A stretch of DNA of 63,481 nt, the filler included, from Folioceros fuciformis (taxonomy: Eukaryota): NCBI GenBank assembly GCA_049999805.1. It is 4 parts of 3 records of this genome, joined end to end, with 100 filler letters (N's around TTAATTAATTAA, not from the genome) between each part and the next. Parts side by side here need not be neighbours in the genome. Positions count along the whole stretch, not along the records: positions 28,337 to 48,697 come from JBNGIO010006283.1; positions 48,798 to 60,181 come from JBNGIO010006289.1; positions 60,282 to 63,481 come from JBNGIO010006324.1; 1 more part is not named here. One strand, 5' to 3'. A model generated the notes under the pieces. It was not told where the DNA came from, did no database searches, and worked only from the letters and a program-made list of their open reading frames with translations. Positions 47,451 to 60,358 of this stretch are shown piece after piece (position 1 is the first letter of the stretch; each line of letters opens with the position of its first letter). Made by a program: the position numbers and the translations under genes.

Positions 47451-49141
47451 AGGTTCTACTGAAATGTTGGAGAAGCTTGCTCGCCACTGTCCAGAGCCTC
47501 CTCTGCCTTAGCACCACGCGCTCCTTCAGGCTCTAGTTCTTCTTCTTGAATTGCCCTCTCCTCATCACTTTTCGAACTAGTCTCCAACATCTATTGAAGT
47601 GACCATTTTATAACTGTAATAGAGGTACTCACAAGCTCCTCATTAGCGCTACCCCCTTCTTCTGAGGATGAGCTGTACTCCACCAGTAAATTCCTCCTTC
47701 TAGGCATTGATTCCACCTTGCCTCCAAACACCAGAACATCTGGCACCCTTGTTTCCTCTCTCGTTGCAGCAACACTTGCTTCCCTGGCCTTCAACACCTC
47801 ATGTTCGGAGGGCACGCCTATGTTTGCCCCTTCTCTTGCCACTATCTACCATCCAACGTGCATACCAATCCTCTGTCCTATCACGACTCCCATGCTCCGA
47901 GGACAGACTTATCACTCCGAGAAATATTGCCCTTACACGTCATTCATATTTTAGCACATGGCTCACTTCAATGAGCAATTCTTTTGATAGTGACAAGTTT
48001 CAAGACATCAATATGACTACTTCTAATATCACATCATTTCACTTTTCCCACCTATAATAAGACATGAAGATGCAAATTCGCAATACAAAAGCTTTGATTC
48101 AATTGTTCAGTGTGCTATAAGCTTCATAATTAGGCAGCACTGTCAAGATACCATGATTGCCTTCTGACACTAAGCTTTTTAAGCGAACTATCAAAAGAAT
48201 GCTCTTCCACTTGTTCTAGACCCCTATATTCTTATCACATTCTTTGATTCACTACCTGGGCACTCAAAGGATGGGGAACCTCCGCAGATACTGAGGTAGA
48301 GTTCCCCGATAAGACAGAGGCCCTCTCAATGCCCCCTAGAGAGCTGAGATATTTAGGAAAAAACAGTCTTGTCTCAATCTTCCCTCCAAGCACCATGGGG
48401 TTACTCTCAGACTTCTTCCCATTGTGATCGGACAGGAGTTGGCCACTGTGGTGGCAAGACCCTAGGCACAATTTGCCAACGGGTATTGATGAACTAGCCC
48501 TACAACCTGCTGACCCTACCACCACAAGTATCCACCACCTATTAAACTATTCTAAGACCTTGAAGGATGCCTGATCTTCAAAGATCTTACGGACGCCGCC
48601 TTTTTCTTGTTGGATGGTTGCCCACAAAGGCTTCCCCTGCAACTATTTCCCCTAGTGGTTGAGCTTGCCTCCATGGGAGCAGTATGAGCAGTAGGAGNNN
48701 NNNNNNNNNNNNNNNNNNNNNNNNNNNNNNNNNNNNNNNNNTTAATTAATTAANNNNNNNNNNNNNNNNNNNNNNNNNNNNNNNNNNNNNNNNNNNNTCG
48801 AATTTGGGGGGGAGGCGCGTCTTGATGGTTTGCTTTGCCTTTGGCTTGGCTCTGGGTGCGTATTGCCTGCTGCGGGTGCTCTGGGACTGTGAATTGCGCA
48901 ATGCGGGAGTAGCAATTTTGTGGGTTTCCTTCCTTGCTGGGCTTGCGCAAGCATTTGCAGGTTGGTGGGTGCTGTGGTGTGGTGTGGGAGTAAGGCGGAT
49001 TGTGTGGTGGTCGGTTTTTGCGGGTTTGGCTTTGCTTATGTGCTATTGCGTAGGAAAGGGGGAGCGCCTTGCGTTTGCGTGGCCTAGAGTGTGTGTGTAA
49101 GTGAGTGCTCTGGCACTGAAAGGGCTACTAGCGTGGTGGCG

Positions 49142-50699
49142 ATGCAGATTGTGGAGGAGGTGAAGCAACTGGGCCACATCGTCGTCCCCGTCGCGGCAGT
49201 GAATTGCGTGGTGTACCTGCGGGCAATGATCTCGGTGCTGTGCCTGGGGCGGCTGGGCGNNNNNNNNNNNNNNNNNNNNNNNNNNNNNNNNNNNNNNNNN
49301 NNNNNNNNNNNNNNNNNNNNNNNNNNNNNNNNNNNNNNNNNNNNNNNNNNNNNNNNNNNCGTTCGGGTCTAAGAACTGGGCGCTCATGGGCGTGACGCTG
49401 CAGCGCACCATCCTCATCCTGCTGTCGGCGTGCCTGCCCATCGGGCTGCTCTGGCTCAACCTGGAGCGAATCCTACTAGCTCTGGGGCAGGACGCCAGCA
49501 TCACGGCCGTGGCGGGCACCTATTGCTTCTACTCGCTCCCTGATCTGCTGGCCAACAGCTTGCTGCAGCCGCTGCGGGTGTATCTGCGGTCGCAGGGCAT
49601 CACCACACCCATGATGTGGTGCAGCGCGCTGGCAGTGCTCATCCACATTCCTCTCAACGTGGTGCTGGTGTTCGTGCTTAAGCTGGGCGTCCCGGGGGTG
49701 GCCATGGCCGCTGTGTGCACCAACTTCAACATGGTCTTCTTCCTGGTGGCCTACGTCCGCTGCTCGCGCGCGTGCCGGCGCACCTGGCACGGCTGGTCGC
49801 GCGCCGCGCTCAAGGAATGGTGGCCGCTGCTCTCCTTGGCCCTGCCCTCCTGCTTCGCCATCTGCCTCGAATGGTGGTGGTACGAGATCATGACCCTCCT
49901 GGCCGGCTACCTCCCTGAGCCCCAGGTGGCCGTGGCCACCACTGCCATCCTCATCCAGACCACCTCACTCATGTACACCTTCCCCCTGGCCCTCAGCTCC
50001 TCCGTCTCCACCCGGGTGGGGAACGAGCTGGGCGCCGCCCGCCCCGCCCGCGCCCGCACCGCCTCCCTCGTGGCCCTGGCCTGCGCCCTCGCCATCGCCC
50101 TCGTCAGCGTTGCCTGGACCACCCTGCTGCGCAACCGCTGGGCGCATGTCTTCACCACCGACCAGAGCGTGCTGGCTCTGGCTGCCGCCGTCATGCCCAT
50201 CATGGGCCTCTGCGAGCTGGGCAACTGCCCCCAGACCACGGGCTGCGGTGTGCTCCGGGGCAGCGCCCGCCCCGCCATCGGCGCCCGCATCAACCTCGGC
50301 TCCTTCTACTTCCTGGGCACGCCGGTGGCTGTGGCTCTCGCCTTCTGGTTCAAGATAGGGTTCGGCGGCCTCTGGTACGGCCTCTTGGCCGCACAGGTCG
50401 CCTGCGCCTCCTCCATCCTCTACGTCGTGCTCCGCACCGACTGGGCCTTCGAGGCGGCCAGGGCCAAGCTTCTCACCTCAGCGGCGGCGGCGGCAGCGGC
50501 AGCGGCGGCACCACCTCCTCCCTCCTTCGAGTTCCCCGACGTCACGGACCCGGATCTGGACGAAGAAACAGGCCTGCTGCGCCTGGACCAACTCTCGTAC
50601 CGCGACCACGAGGAGCAACAAGCAAACGGTTTCCGAGGCTGTCCCATGCAGTTGTTTGCAGTCAGCTCCGAAATCGAGACGGAGGAGGAGGAAGCTTGA
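49142..50699 (+). CDS. MATE/DTX transporter of the intron-poor DTX48-56-like clade; interrupted by an assembly gap at 49260-49359
   Basis: [22 protein letters not shown] before the gap; [36 protein letters not shown] and [21 protein letters not shown] after it. The true start codon is uncertain. Confidence 0.92.
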
Positions 50700-52140
50700 G
50701 TTCATTCGGCCTTTCTTCCTTTTCCTTTCTTTCGGATTTTTTTTTTTTTGGCGTTTTCATTTACCTTATATACTTCTCCTCTCCTTTCTTGTCTTGTCTT
50801 GTCCTGTCTTGTCTTGCTGTAGATCTAGATTAGCCTGTTGCTGCGATGGCATGAGACAGGACAATTTTGTAAATCCTTCTTCACTCACAACCCACTGGCC
50901 CCCTCGGCCTAGCTAGGTCCACCCTCTTTCCAGATTATTACCTTTGCTCTGCTCTGGGCCTTTTCCTGCCTGCCTGCTGCTGGCTCATTGTTGCTCCTTC
51001 ACAAGAACAGGAAACGAAAGGAAAGGATAGGCCTGTCGTGTCAAACACCTGTGTATAGCAACAAGCATATCTATCTGTCTATCTATCTATCTATGTTGCT
51101 GGCCTATCTATGTTGCTGGCCAACAGGAGTTACAATGTATGTACGGGACCCATAAATTTTTGGGGGCCTGATGTTTAAACAAATGCTTTCATGCCCGATC
51201 CCGATACCGGTAGGCAGCTCTCTCCGATATCACCATATCCGATATTTATAGGAAGGGTAGGGTGAGTTGGCCATGGCATCGTCCGTTATCTCCTCATTTG
51301 TCCTGTTGTGTTCCACACCGAATTCTGGTGGTTGGGCCAGGCCACCGCAACCGCTAATCGGTGAGGCGCGATATTCATCCCTTTTTCCCGCTCTGCGCGC
51401 CGCGCAGCCCCGTTGCGGGTTCACAGTCCCCGTCATCCGTGTGTGGCGCCTTTCGAAGTCACCAAATCCCTCCCAAGGTCGCTCACAGGCATGCCGGTGC
51501 CGGAGTGTGAAAGAATTGCGGCCCCGAGTGCTTCGTGCGACGAGGACACAGGAGATAGGATAATCTTGACAAGTGTAGAGAGCAGCGGCCCAAGCCGGGA
51601 CAGCTGCTCCAGGTACAGTACTTGCAGCGTGTGTGATGAGCTCACCAGGGCTGACTGTCAGGAGACAAGCAAACGACAAGGGGGGGCCCGGGCCTGAGCA
51701 AATACGTACGTACTCCCAGCGAATTACTGGCCAGACGCACACAGGACTCCAGGAGGTGCGCCAGTCTGCACGAAGCAGAGCTCATCAGCTCTGTTCTGCT
51801 CCGCTGCGGCAGGCAAGTACAAGCCAGCGTCCATGCTGAGCTAAGATAGACCTAATGAGCTGGATATTGCATGCGACCGCAAATTTCGAAATCAATCCTT
51901 CTTTTACCGCCTCCTCCACCTGCTGCACTCACTTCCTGCGTAGCAAATCCGTGAACACCCCCAGAGCGGTCCGCGCCCGGCTTGGTCACAACGAGCAAGC
52001 AGCAAAATTACCCAGTGTGACAATTAAAATTAAAAAGAATCGAACGATTTGTACACCTGGTGGACAGCATCCTGACAAGACTGCTCCCCCGAGACAGATC
52101 AGCGGTGTGAACCAGACGGAGAGAGTACAAGCTGTAGCAA

Positions 52141-55100
52141 TTACACGACGGCAGGCTTCATCGGAGGACCAGGAGGCTCAGAGGAGGCCGTGAAAGGAGC
52201 GTCGGAGAAGGCAGCGAATAGGGCTGCGGGTTGGAATGCCGCGAAGGGGTCTGGAGGGGCAATGGGGAAGAACGGTGCCCCGGCTTCGGGCGCGGCTAGG
52301 GCAGGAATAGAAAGGGGAGGACTCGCTTCCACCAAGGGACCTAGGGTTCCGGGAGGGGTTGGAGCCGGCGTAATGGAAACAGAGGCTGCGGGGCCCAGGC
52401 CAGCAGCTGCCGTGGGAAGCGCACTACCGTAGCCGGGTACCAGGGGTGGGCCTTCGATCGCCAGCAGTTGTCCTGGCTGGGAGTTGGCTGCTGCGGGGTT
52501 GATGGCTGATTTCTGCTGAAGTGTGGGGCCAGTGAGGGAGGCTATAGAGGCTGCCGGTTTCACATTCCCCGGTGGAACAATTTCCACAAGGGGCTTCCTG
52601 GGAGGCTGGACGGGGCCGAAGGAAAGGGGGGTCTTCCGGGAAGGAGTGAGAGAAGCCATCTCTTCTGGCTCGGGTGCACCTTTCTGCTGCGCCGTGTCCA
52701 GAGACCCACTCCACACCTCGAGCAGCGTCGTGAGAGTGGCTCTCCCATGGGCCTGCGCAAAGGGGTGGCGCGTTGAGGACATCTCTCAACGTGATCCTCG
52801 TTCTCACAACATAGTCTTTCCTAACAACTGCAAAAAATTGGGCTTACATGGGCATGAAGAGCAGCCTCGGCATACATCCCGGTCTCCAAAAGCGCTCTCT
52901 CCACAAGGTTCGGGTCCCCTAAGAAAGCAGCTGCCAGAGCTGCCTCCCGGCCTTGCCCCGCAGCGATCAAGGTGTTCGCGAGCACCTGTCATGCTTGCAA
53001 AAAGTCAGGAACCACGCACCACCAGCTCACCCACGACGACCACTAGACAGGTGAAATCCTTCAGAGGAAAACGTACCCCAAGTCGTGAGAGCTCCCCATG
53101 TGTAGCCAGTCTCAAAGCTAACCCCCGGATCTCATGTGCACGAAAGGCATCCGTCATCACTCCAGCACTAGCCAGTCGTTTCAGAGCTTGGCTGTTGATG
53201 TCACTCTGCCCAGTTGCATCAGCCGCGTCAATCAATTGGAAATACTCTTCGGCAAATTTGGCAATTCCGGACAGAGCATCCACGTCCATGTCTGCCAGAA
53301 CAGGCTTAGGTCCGCTGGTGGCCGCAAGATTGGCAGTCTCCACCTTCACGTCCAATTTCTTGGCTAAAGCTTGAAATCCGGAATCAACTTCTTGTTCAAG
53401 TCTAAGATTTTTGCTGTGGCTCAGCATAATCAGGCACTGGAGTGCTCTCTTTAAGTCCCCGCTTTGTATTGCTAGATCATACTCCAGTCTGTCAAGGCAC
53501 AGGTACATACAAACATCAGCTCTGACCAGCCGCAAACATCATTTAGCCCACCCCACCCGTGAAAGCCTGTCCAACAAATCGCTCACCTTTTGGACAACCC
53601 GGGAAGATGCAAGGCTTCTTGGGCGTACCCCATACCAAGCATAAACTGTGCTAGATCATCATGGTGCTCTCTACCTAGTCTGGATGCCCTGGTACTTAGC
53701 ACACACTTTGTTAATTCCAGTCATGTCTGCCTGAGAAGAAGAAGACGCCTGCTGATACAGAAAGGTTTCTCACCATTTCACCGCACTGACGGCATCACCA
53801 TAAGCAGCAAGACATCGGCACCTTATTCCAGGATGGGTGAGACCGATGGCGTGAGCTGTCATGTGCCTGCAATAAGCGAGATGTCCATGCAACACACAGG
53901 CAGGTGGAAGCCGGGAACAATCATAAACAATTTGACATTCGTCTCCAATGCACAGCACCTGAACAACTCGTGGTACCCAGATTCAAGGCCGGTAAGTGGC
54001 AAAACAACATCAGAGTACTATGGGAACGAGAACAGACCTGTCCACCAACCACAGCACCCCGTCCCGCACCCCAACAACCACAAGAGGTCCCACAGGACGC
54101 TTCTGTTCAGGCGGCAATCGAGAATTGGCAACAGAAATACCCCCTCCCGCCACTGCCACTTCAGATACTTTCCTCTCCTCTAACTCTTTGGTCACAGGTC
54201 CGACATCAGCATCTGGTTTGGGCTGCTGCTTTGGCATGCTCAGAAATGGGGGTACAGATGGGGCAGTCTGAAACGATGCCAACCGAACCACCTGAAACAT
54301 AAACCGGAGGAGTATTAGTCTTCGAGGAAATAACTGGTTGATTACGTACAGAAATGCCCGCTGCGGGTTGATATAGTGGGCGCCAAGTCAAATCCACTTA
54401 CTACTCTCCCAACAAGGTCCAACACAGTGATACACTGTAAACAGTAAAAATGTCCAGAAACATGAGTTCAAACCTGAAGCATTGGAGGTCGAAGAGCCGT
54501 TATCTCCACAGGAGCTACAGCAGCCTGGGGGGCCTCCACTGTGATTAGTGCTAGTTCCCCATGCTGCGCTACAGCCTTAGCCTGAGCCTCCAGAGCCTTT
54601 AATTCTTCCTTTTTCTTCTTAAATTCAATATCTGCTACACTCACGCCTGCGTCTACAAACACACATCTACAATTCAACGAGGTCAGAGAACATTCAAGGA
54701 ATTCTGTTAGACAACGAAACAACTGAATAACCCACCCAGGACCCGGAAACTCACTCAATTGTTGTAGGAGTTGCAACAAAAAGTTGGCGCCGATGCCAGA
54801 CACCACCTGTGGCAGATTGTATGGCAACATTCCCAAGGTATCTGAATGCAGGCCGGAGAGCACATATTACAACATACTGCTCATAAGCTAGTGCACAATA
54901 TTCCACCGTCTGATCCCAGGCTGACCACAGGGGCTGAGGAAGCAGGCCACCAACTGGTTGATAAGTCTCCCAGCTGTGGAGATGTCACCAGGCTATGATT
55001 AGAAGGCATCTAAGTATTCAATTCATCGGCTCGCGTCAAAGGCAGCAGCCCCTTTAACTGAAACTTACCTGTAGAGCTGAAAGTTTGGAGGATCTTCACT

Positions 55101-58100
55101 TGATGACAACCGAACTCCCCCGAAGCCATCATCCAAGCTGGTATTCTGAGCAGCAGATGCTGCTGCTGCTACAGCAGCACTATGCAGGTTCGACCGCCTA
55201 GGCATCTTGTATGCAACTCCAAGTAAAGCACCGCCTTGTAACCCAATCACCTGGAAAACCACATTTCATAAGTGCACGGAAACATAACTCACCGCTTTTC
55301 ACGACCAGGGACAAAGCTTCACCAACAATACCGGTTCAGGTCTTCCCTCAATTGACTTGGCCAGTAAATTAGAGCTTCCATCATCTAGCAAGATCCGAAC
55401 TTCGACAGACGCCGATGCAGCAGCACTGGCAGCGGCTGCTGCTGCAATAGCTGCAGCCTGTGCAGCTGCTTCTCTTGCTTTCTTTGAGGAGCCTTTCGAT
55501 ACAGGAGGCAGCTTTGGTCCTGGAAGCATCTCCAGAAGAGCGTACCGTTCCTTGCAGGAATCCCATGCAAAGTACTTCCCCTGTCCTGAATCCACAACAT
55601 TCCAGTCCTTTGTTCCGTAAACACAATAAGCGGGAACATCAGGCCACACCACCGAGACGTACCTGAAGATGTCAACACGAAACTATGTTATAAGTGAGTA
55701 AAGGACCAAAGGCTGGCAGACGAGTTCTACCCTGAATAGCATGTCATAATTATCGAGGTACGAACAGATCCACCTCACAGTCCACGCGCACTTACTTCCC
55801 ACTTTTACTTGTTGCTGTCCATGCATACAAATCGTGAGGAATGGATCCCACCGTTTTCCGGCTCTGCTTCACGTGAAACTGTGATGCTTCAACTGCGGAA
55901 TCAGTTCTTGCACGCCCTGCTTCTATTGCAGAGCTACCAGTCCCAATTGGACTTTGTGACAACTGAAATGACAACAACCGGAGGTCCCTGTTTACTGCAC
56001 ATATCACTTGATGCTCTTTGCTTCCTGCAGGAGTTGGAAGTGCAGCTGCCGCAGGGACTGCTGATGCATCGAATTCACTCAGAAAGACGCCCGAGCTAGT
56101 CCCCACAGCTACATATTGAGGCTGCAATGGATGTACTGCCATGCAATATCCCTGGTTCATACATCATCAGTAGAGGGTCCAGGCCCGTGCAAAGTCGCTC
56201 ACTGAGAGCCTTACCAAAATAGGCAAGCCTGACAGATTCAACACATCACACAATTGCAAAAAAACACACGCACAACAGATGGTTAAATTACAAGGGTCCA
56301 CAAACAAGCACACCTTTAATTTCTTGTTGGGTGCCTGCAGACTAGCCGGAAGCTGAGATGACAACTCACAGAGAGCCCTGGTCTGCGCACCAAAGGATTC
56401 AACTGACTCAATCGCCCTGTGGACAAGCACAGCACAATTGTCAACTTCACAGTTCAAATGGCAGTTACTTCACGGTTGAGCCAATACTATACTATACTAT
56501 ATACCAGATATGCGAGTCCTTGACGCAGGTCAAAATATTGATGCCAGGAACCCGAGGATGAGACCAGGAGGCCACACTGTGACAAGGAACCCTTGAAACA
56601 GGTTTCATTCGTTTGTGTTCCTGTCAACATGCTCTTAGTTGGAGAGAATCATGAAGCCTTCCACAAACGGGGACCCCACGCAATGAGAGCACCACTCACT
56701 GAAAGCAATAAGCAGACTGCTCATGCATACCTTAAAACTGGTTGTCTGCCACACCGCGAGAGTCTTATCTGTACCTATCGTCACCAGCAAGGGCGAACTC
56801 CCCTGTACCCTGATAATGTCAATACTAGTGACTGCACCATCATGTGCCTGCAACAAGATAAGTTACACACTTAAGTAGCAATTCGTAACTGAGCAACCAA
56901 CTGGAAGCATACAATGCTGAAAGCAAAGTGACACACAAAACTCAGAATGTATGAAACATGAACCTTCAGAGAATGCTTAGGCATAACTTCGCGTGTTGCT
57001 TGCACATTGTCTGCAGGCCAGAAGATGAGGAGCCCATCATTCGCACCTGAGATGAGCAAAGTCTGAGGATATGAAAGAGCCAGCAACGTTCAACCGGTCA
57101 GAAGGTGTGCTGGACTTATAGAGCCAGCACCTTTCAAACAGGTGCTCAACATTTATGTCAAGACTGTAAGCACCCAAGGATTTGTGTGCTCACTTCACCA
57201 GATGGGGATGTAAACGTGGTTAAGCAAGAAACTGCCGATTTGTGACCTCCAGAGTATTTTCGAACCAGCTGCAAACAGAGCAGATACCGTTTATTGATTT
57301 TGTGCACAGTCGAAAATGAAACCTGACAAAGCTGAGGAAACGAGGACGATTAAGAGTACCTGCCAATTCGACATTGATAGCACCCGGATTACCCCATCTG
57401 ATCCGCCAAATGCAGCAAGAGGGCCATCCCCTTGCATAGAACGAGGAAGAAACTCCACACTGCACATTTCACTTTTCAGCTACCAGATGGAATTCAAACA
57501 ATGTCAAGGGACCCACGCACACTCACAGCAGGTGCAAATAGCACATCATAGTGGATACAACAACATGTCAAGAAACATACCACAGTGGCGACTTGTTTTC
57601 CAGCAAAGACTTTGGCACATCTCTTGCTCGCATGCTCACTAAATCTTGAAAAATAACCTTCTTTATACAGCATATTACAAGAAAATGCCGGCCCCTTAAG
57701 ATCATTGGACCTGGTCCAATAGGTGGGAACTGACTACTGGCTGCAACAGGTGACTCCATAGCTGCAGCACGGTTGAGCCACGCTTGCCAAAAGCGTACAT
57801 CATCATCATAGAACTTGATCTGCTTCACACTGCGGCCCAGAAAAGCAAACTTGTCAGCACCTTGAGAAAGCATAATACTGAAAACAAACTACCCTACACA
57901 GAGCCAGGGTCAAAACAGAAGGAGAAAAATGTTTAAGCTTCACCTTCCTCCTTTGATTGCTTCAGCTGCTTTGACCTGGATCTCTGTTTTCGAGTAATGT
58001 CACAAATCAGTCTTAGACCCATCAGCAAAAGAGAAAGTTAGATGCTAGCTACACTGCCAGAGTACAGGGTGACGCAATTTTCGAGTGCACCAGCTCCAAT

Positions 58101-58464
58101 ATCGTGCAAGCGTTCACCTGGTTCCCCTTCTGCTATCTTCTGGAGCTGAGCACCCACAAGGCGTCGCTCATCAACGCCACCCGCTTTGATTTCATATATA
58201 ATCTGAGGCACAGTACAAAACCGCACATCCCTTACTAGCGTACCACTGATCGCAAAGGAATCACAAATTGCATGCTGCTTTTATCTTAGATGACTTGTCC
58301 GCACCGATTTGGGCTCAAACCATAGAGCATACCTGTCGATGCTCCCAATCCCACACCACTACATTGTCGTTGGTGTCAGCATACGCAACCCAGGGGAGCG
58401 TGGGGTGCATCTGGAGTTTCACCACCTTTTCATTGGTGGGCTTCAATCCCCGTAAGCGCATCAT
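52141..58464 (-). CDS. TWD40-2: TPLATE/TSET complex WD40 subunit TWD40-2, about 21 coding exons
   Basis: N-terminus MMRLRGLKPTNEKVVKLQMHPTLPW...WDWEHRQ|IIYEIKAGGVDERRLVGA matches the Arabidopsis At5g24710-type start as I recall it. GT-AG exons traced through FYDDDVRFWQ, GREHHDDLAQFM, RGLALRLATHGEL and AHAHGR to a Pro-rich tail. Start context is GCCACCATG. Confidence 0.9.
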
Positions 58465-59092
58465 GGTGGCAGATCCAGGGCTCCGTGTCAAACGCCGATC
58501 TTCAATGCTCACTGCTTGCCACTGTCACAAGCTGCTTCACTCCACCGGAATCTCACTAAAGTTTCGCAGTGTCAGCTGCTTTCGCCTTCCTGACCTCCAT
58601 GGGAACCGGACGTGAAACACTGGACGACTGAAGGAAGACAATTTATTAAACCCTTTCCACACAATATCGAAAAGTAGCCTGTCTGTTACGGCAAGCTACA
58701 ACAACATAGACAAAGACCCAGCGCTAAACCTCACCGAAGTTTATTACCTGGTTCTCGAGGAGCGTATGGAATATCGATACGGACATACGGTCTTATGTCC
58801 GTATCGGTCGTTGTTTTCAACGGATGTTTTACGCGAATATTCCTCGGAATTTTTCATGAACATATGGATTTTAGGGCTCCACTTCACATCCTAGTTTGCC
58901 TTCTATCATTGCTACTTAAGTGGACCGATGTTTCTTGCTACTCAAGAAACTAAAAGAATCTTCCTTTGGCACCTTCTTTCTTTCTTGGCTATTGACAATG
59001 TTTCTGCATGTAAAAGCTTCGTCTATATTTTTTATGCCCTTTCGAATCAACCGCCACTGATCTGACCACCATTCTTTCACGCTCAGTGCACG

Positions 59093-60181
59093 AACTAATC
59101 GCCAATCTTCCATGTTCAACTAATCGCCAATCTTCCATGTTCAACTAATCGCCAATCTTCCATGTTCAACGTACGCGTACGTTTACGGATTTGTTGGAGT
59201 AGCGCACTCTCGTCACTCCATGTATTAGGACTCGTCACTCGTTGTTCTATTTTTTCATTAATTAGGCCTATAGGTGAAAGGTCATGTCTCCTTACATACA
59301 CCTCTTGACAGGCACCTTGTGCATCCCGTGTCTCTTTAGTTTCGTGATTGCTCAAACGATTCTCTCTCTTGTAACACACATTCAGAGTGATTCTATCAAA
59401 AGTGAAAAGTGATTTTGTCAAAATAAAGTGATTCTGTCAAAATTATCGAGATGGTATGAGAGCAGTAGGTCTTCCTAAAGATTCTCATGATATGGACAAC
59501 CTAGAATTTCAATTCTTTGAACTAAGACCTTGATGTAGCCCTCAAGGCAAATTATTCTCTGCCAAATGTTGTTCACACATCTTATTCCTAGCATCATTGG
59601 GCACTTGTTCCATGATGACTAGAAACAAGAAAAGGTGCATTGGTTATACCTGGTGTTCCTGTAGAAGTCACACTCAATAGTTAAAACAACTCAAATCATT
59701 GTAGGGTGATTCCCTACACAACACATCTCTCCAAGAATCCATCAACGTTTCACTGATCTAAAGAATAGTGAGCGTGAACTGAACTTTCAGGGTCTTACCA
59801 TTCTAGACTATTATCATTAGAATCTAGGATGATGGCTTTGATGTTGGTACTTTCAGGGTCTTACCCTTCTAGACTATTATCATTAGAATCTAGGATGATG
59901 GCTTTAATGTTGGTACTGGATCATAGTTTTCCAACTATACTTGCACAAACTGAGCAAAGGCGTAGACGCAACCGCCCAGGCCATTCAGGCTGACTGACGT
60001 TAGTAACAACTTGAAGAGCCTTATCAAGTCCATTCATTCCAGTATATCAAAATGGCAACTATAGTTCACAATTATAACGTGGACATCAAAGATCGTGACA
60101 GATTCAATGGCTCCGATTTTGACACATGGGTGGCTAGGATGGTCTCTATTCTAGATGAGGCAGACCTGATGGGAATCGTTG
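59093..60181 (+). mobile_element. 5' part of a Copia element (LTR end, PBS, leader, gag start), cut by a gap
   Basis: PBS-like TGGTATGAGAGC at 59452-59463 (one mismatch to the tRNA-iMet PBS); gag-like MATIV...DRFNGSDFDTWVARMVSILDEADLMGIV from 60052; 25-bp x3 repeat at 59093 and 66-bp x2 repeat at 59783. The left boundary is not defined. Confidence 0.7.
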
Positions 60182-60358
60182 NNNNNNNNNNNNNNNNNNN
60201 NNNNNNNNNNNNNNNNNNNNNNNNNTTAATTAATTAANNNNNNNNNNNNNNNNNNNNNNNNNNNNNNNNNNNNNNNNNNNNTTGTCTTTTCAAGCTTCCT
60301 CTAGGATCAACACCCAAGGCCGTGCTCCGAATCCTCGAAGTGGTGAATCCCCAAAAAT

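Noticed and set aside
49260-49359. Apparent frameshift in the MATE gene
   Set aside because: It coincides with a fixed-length 100-N placeholder, so the true length is unknown.
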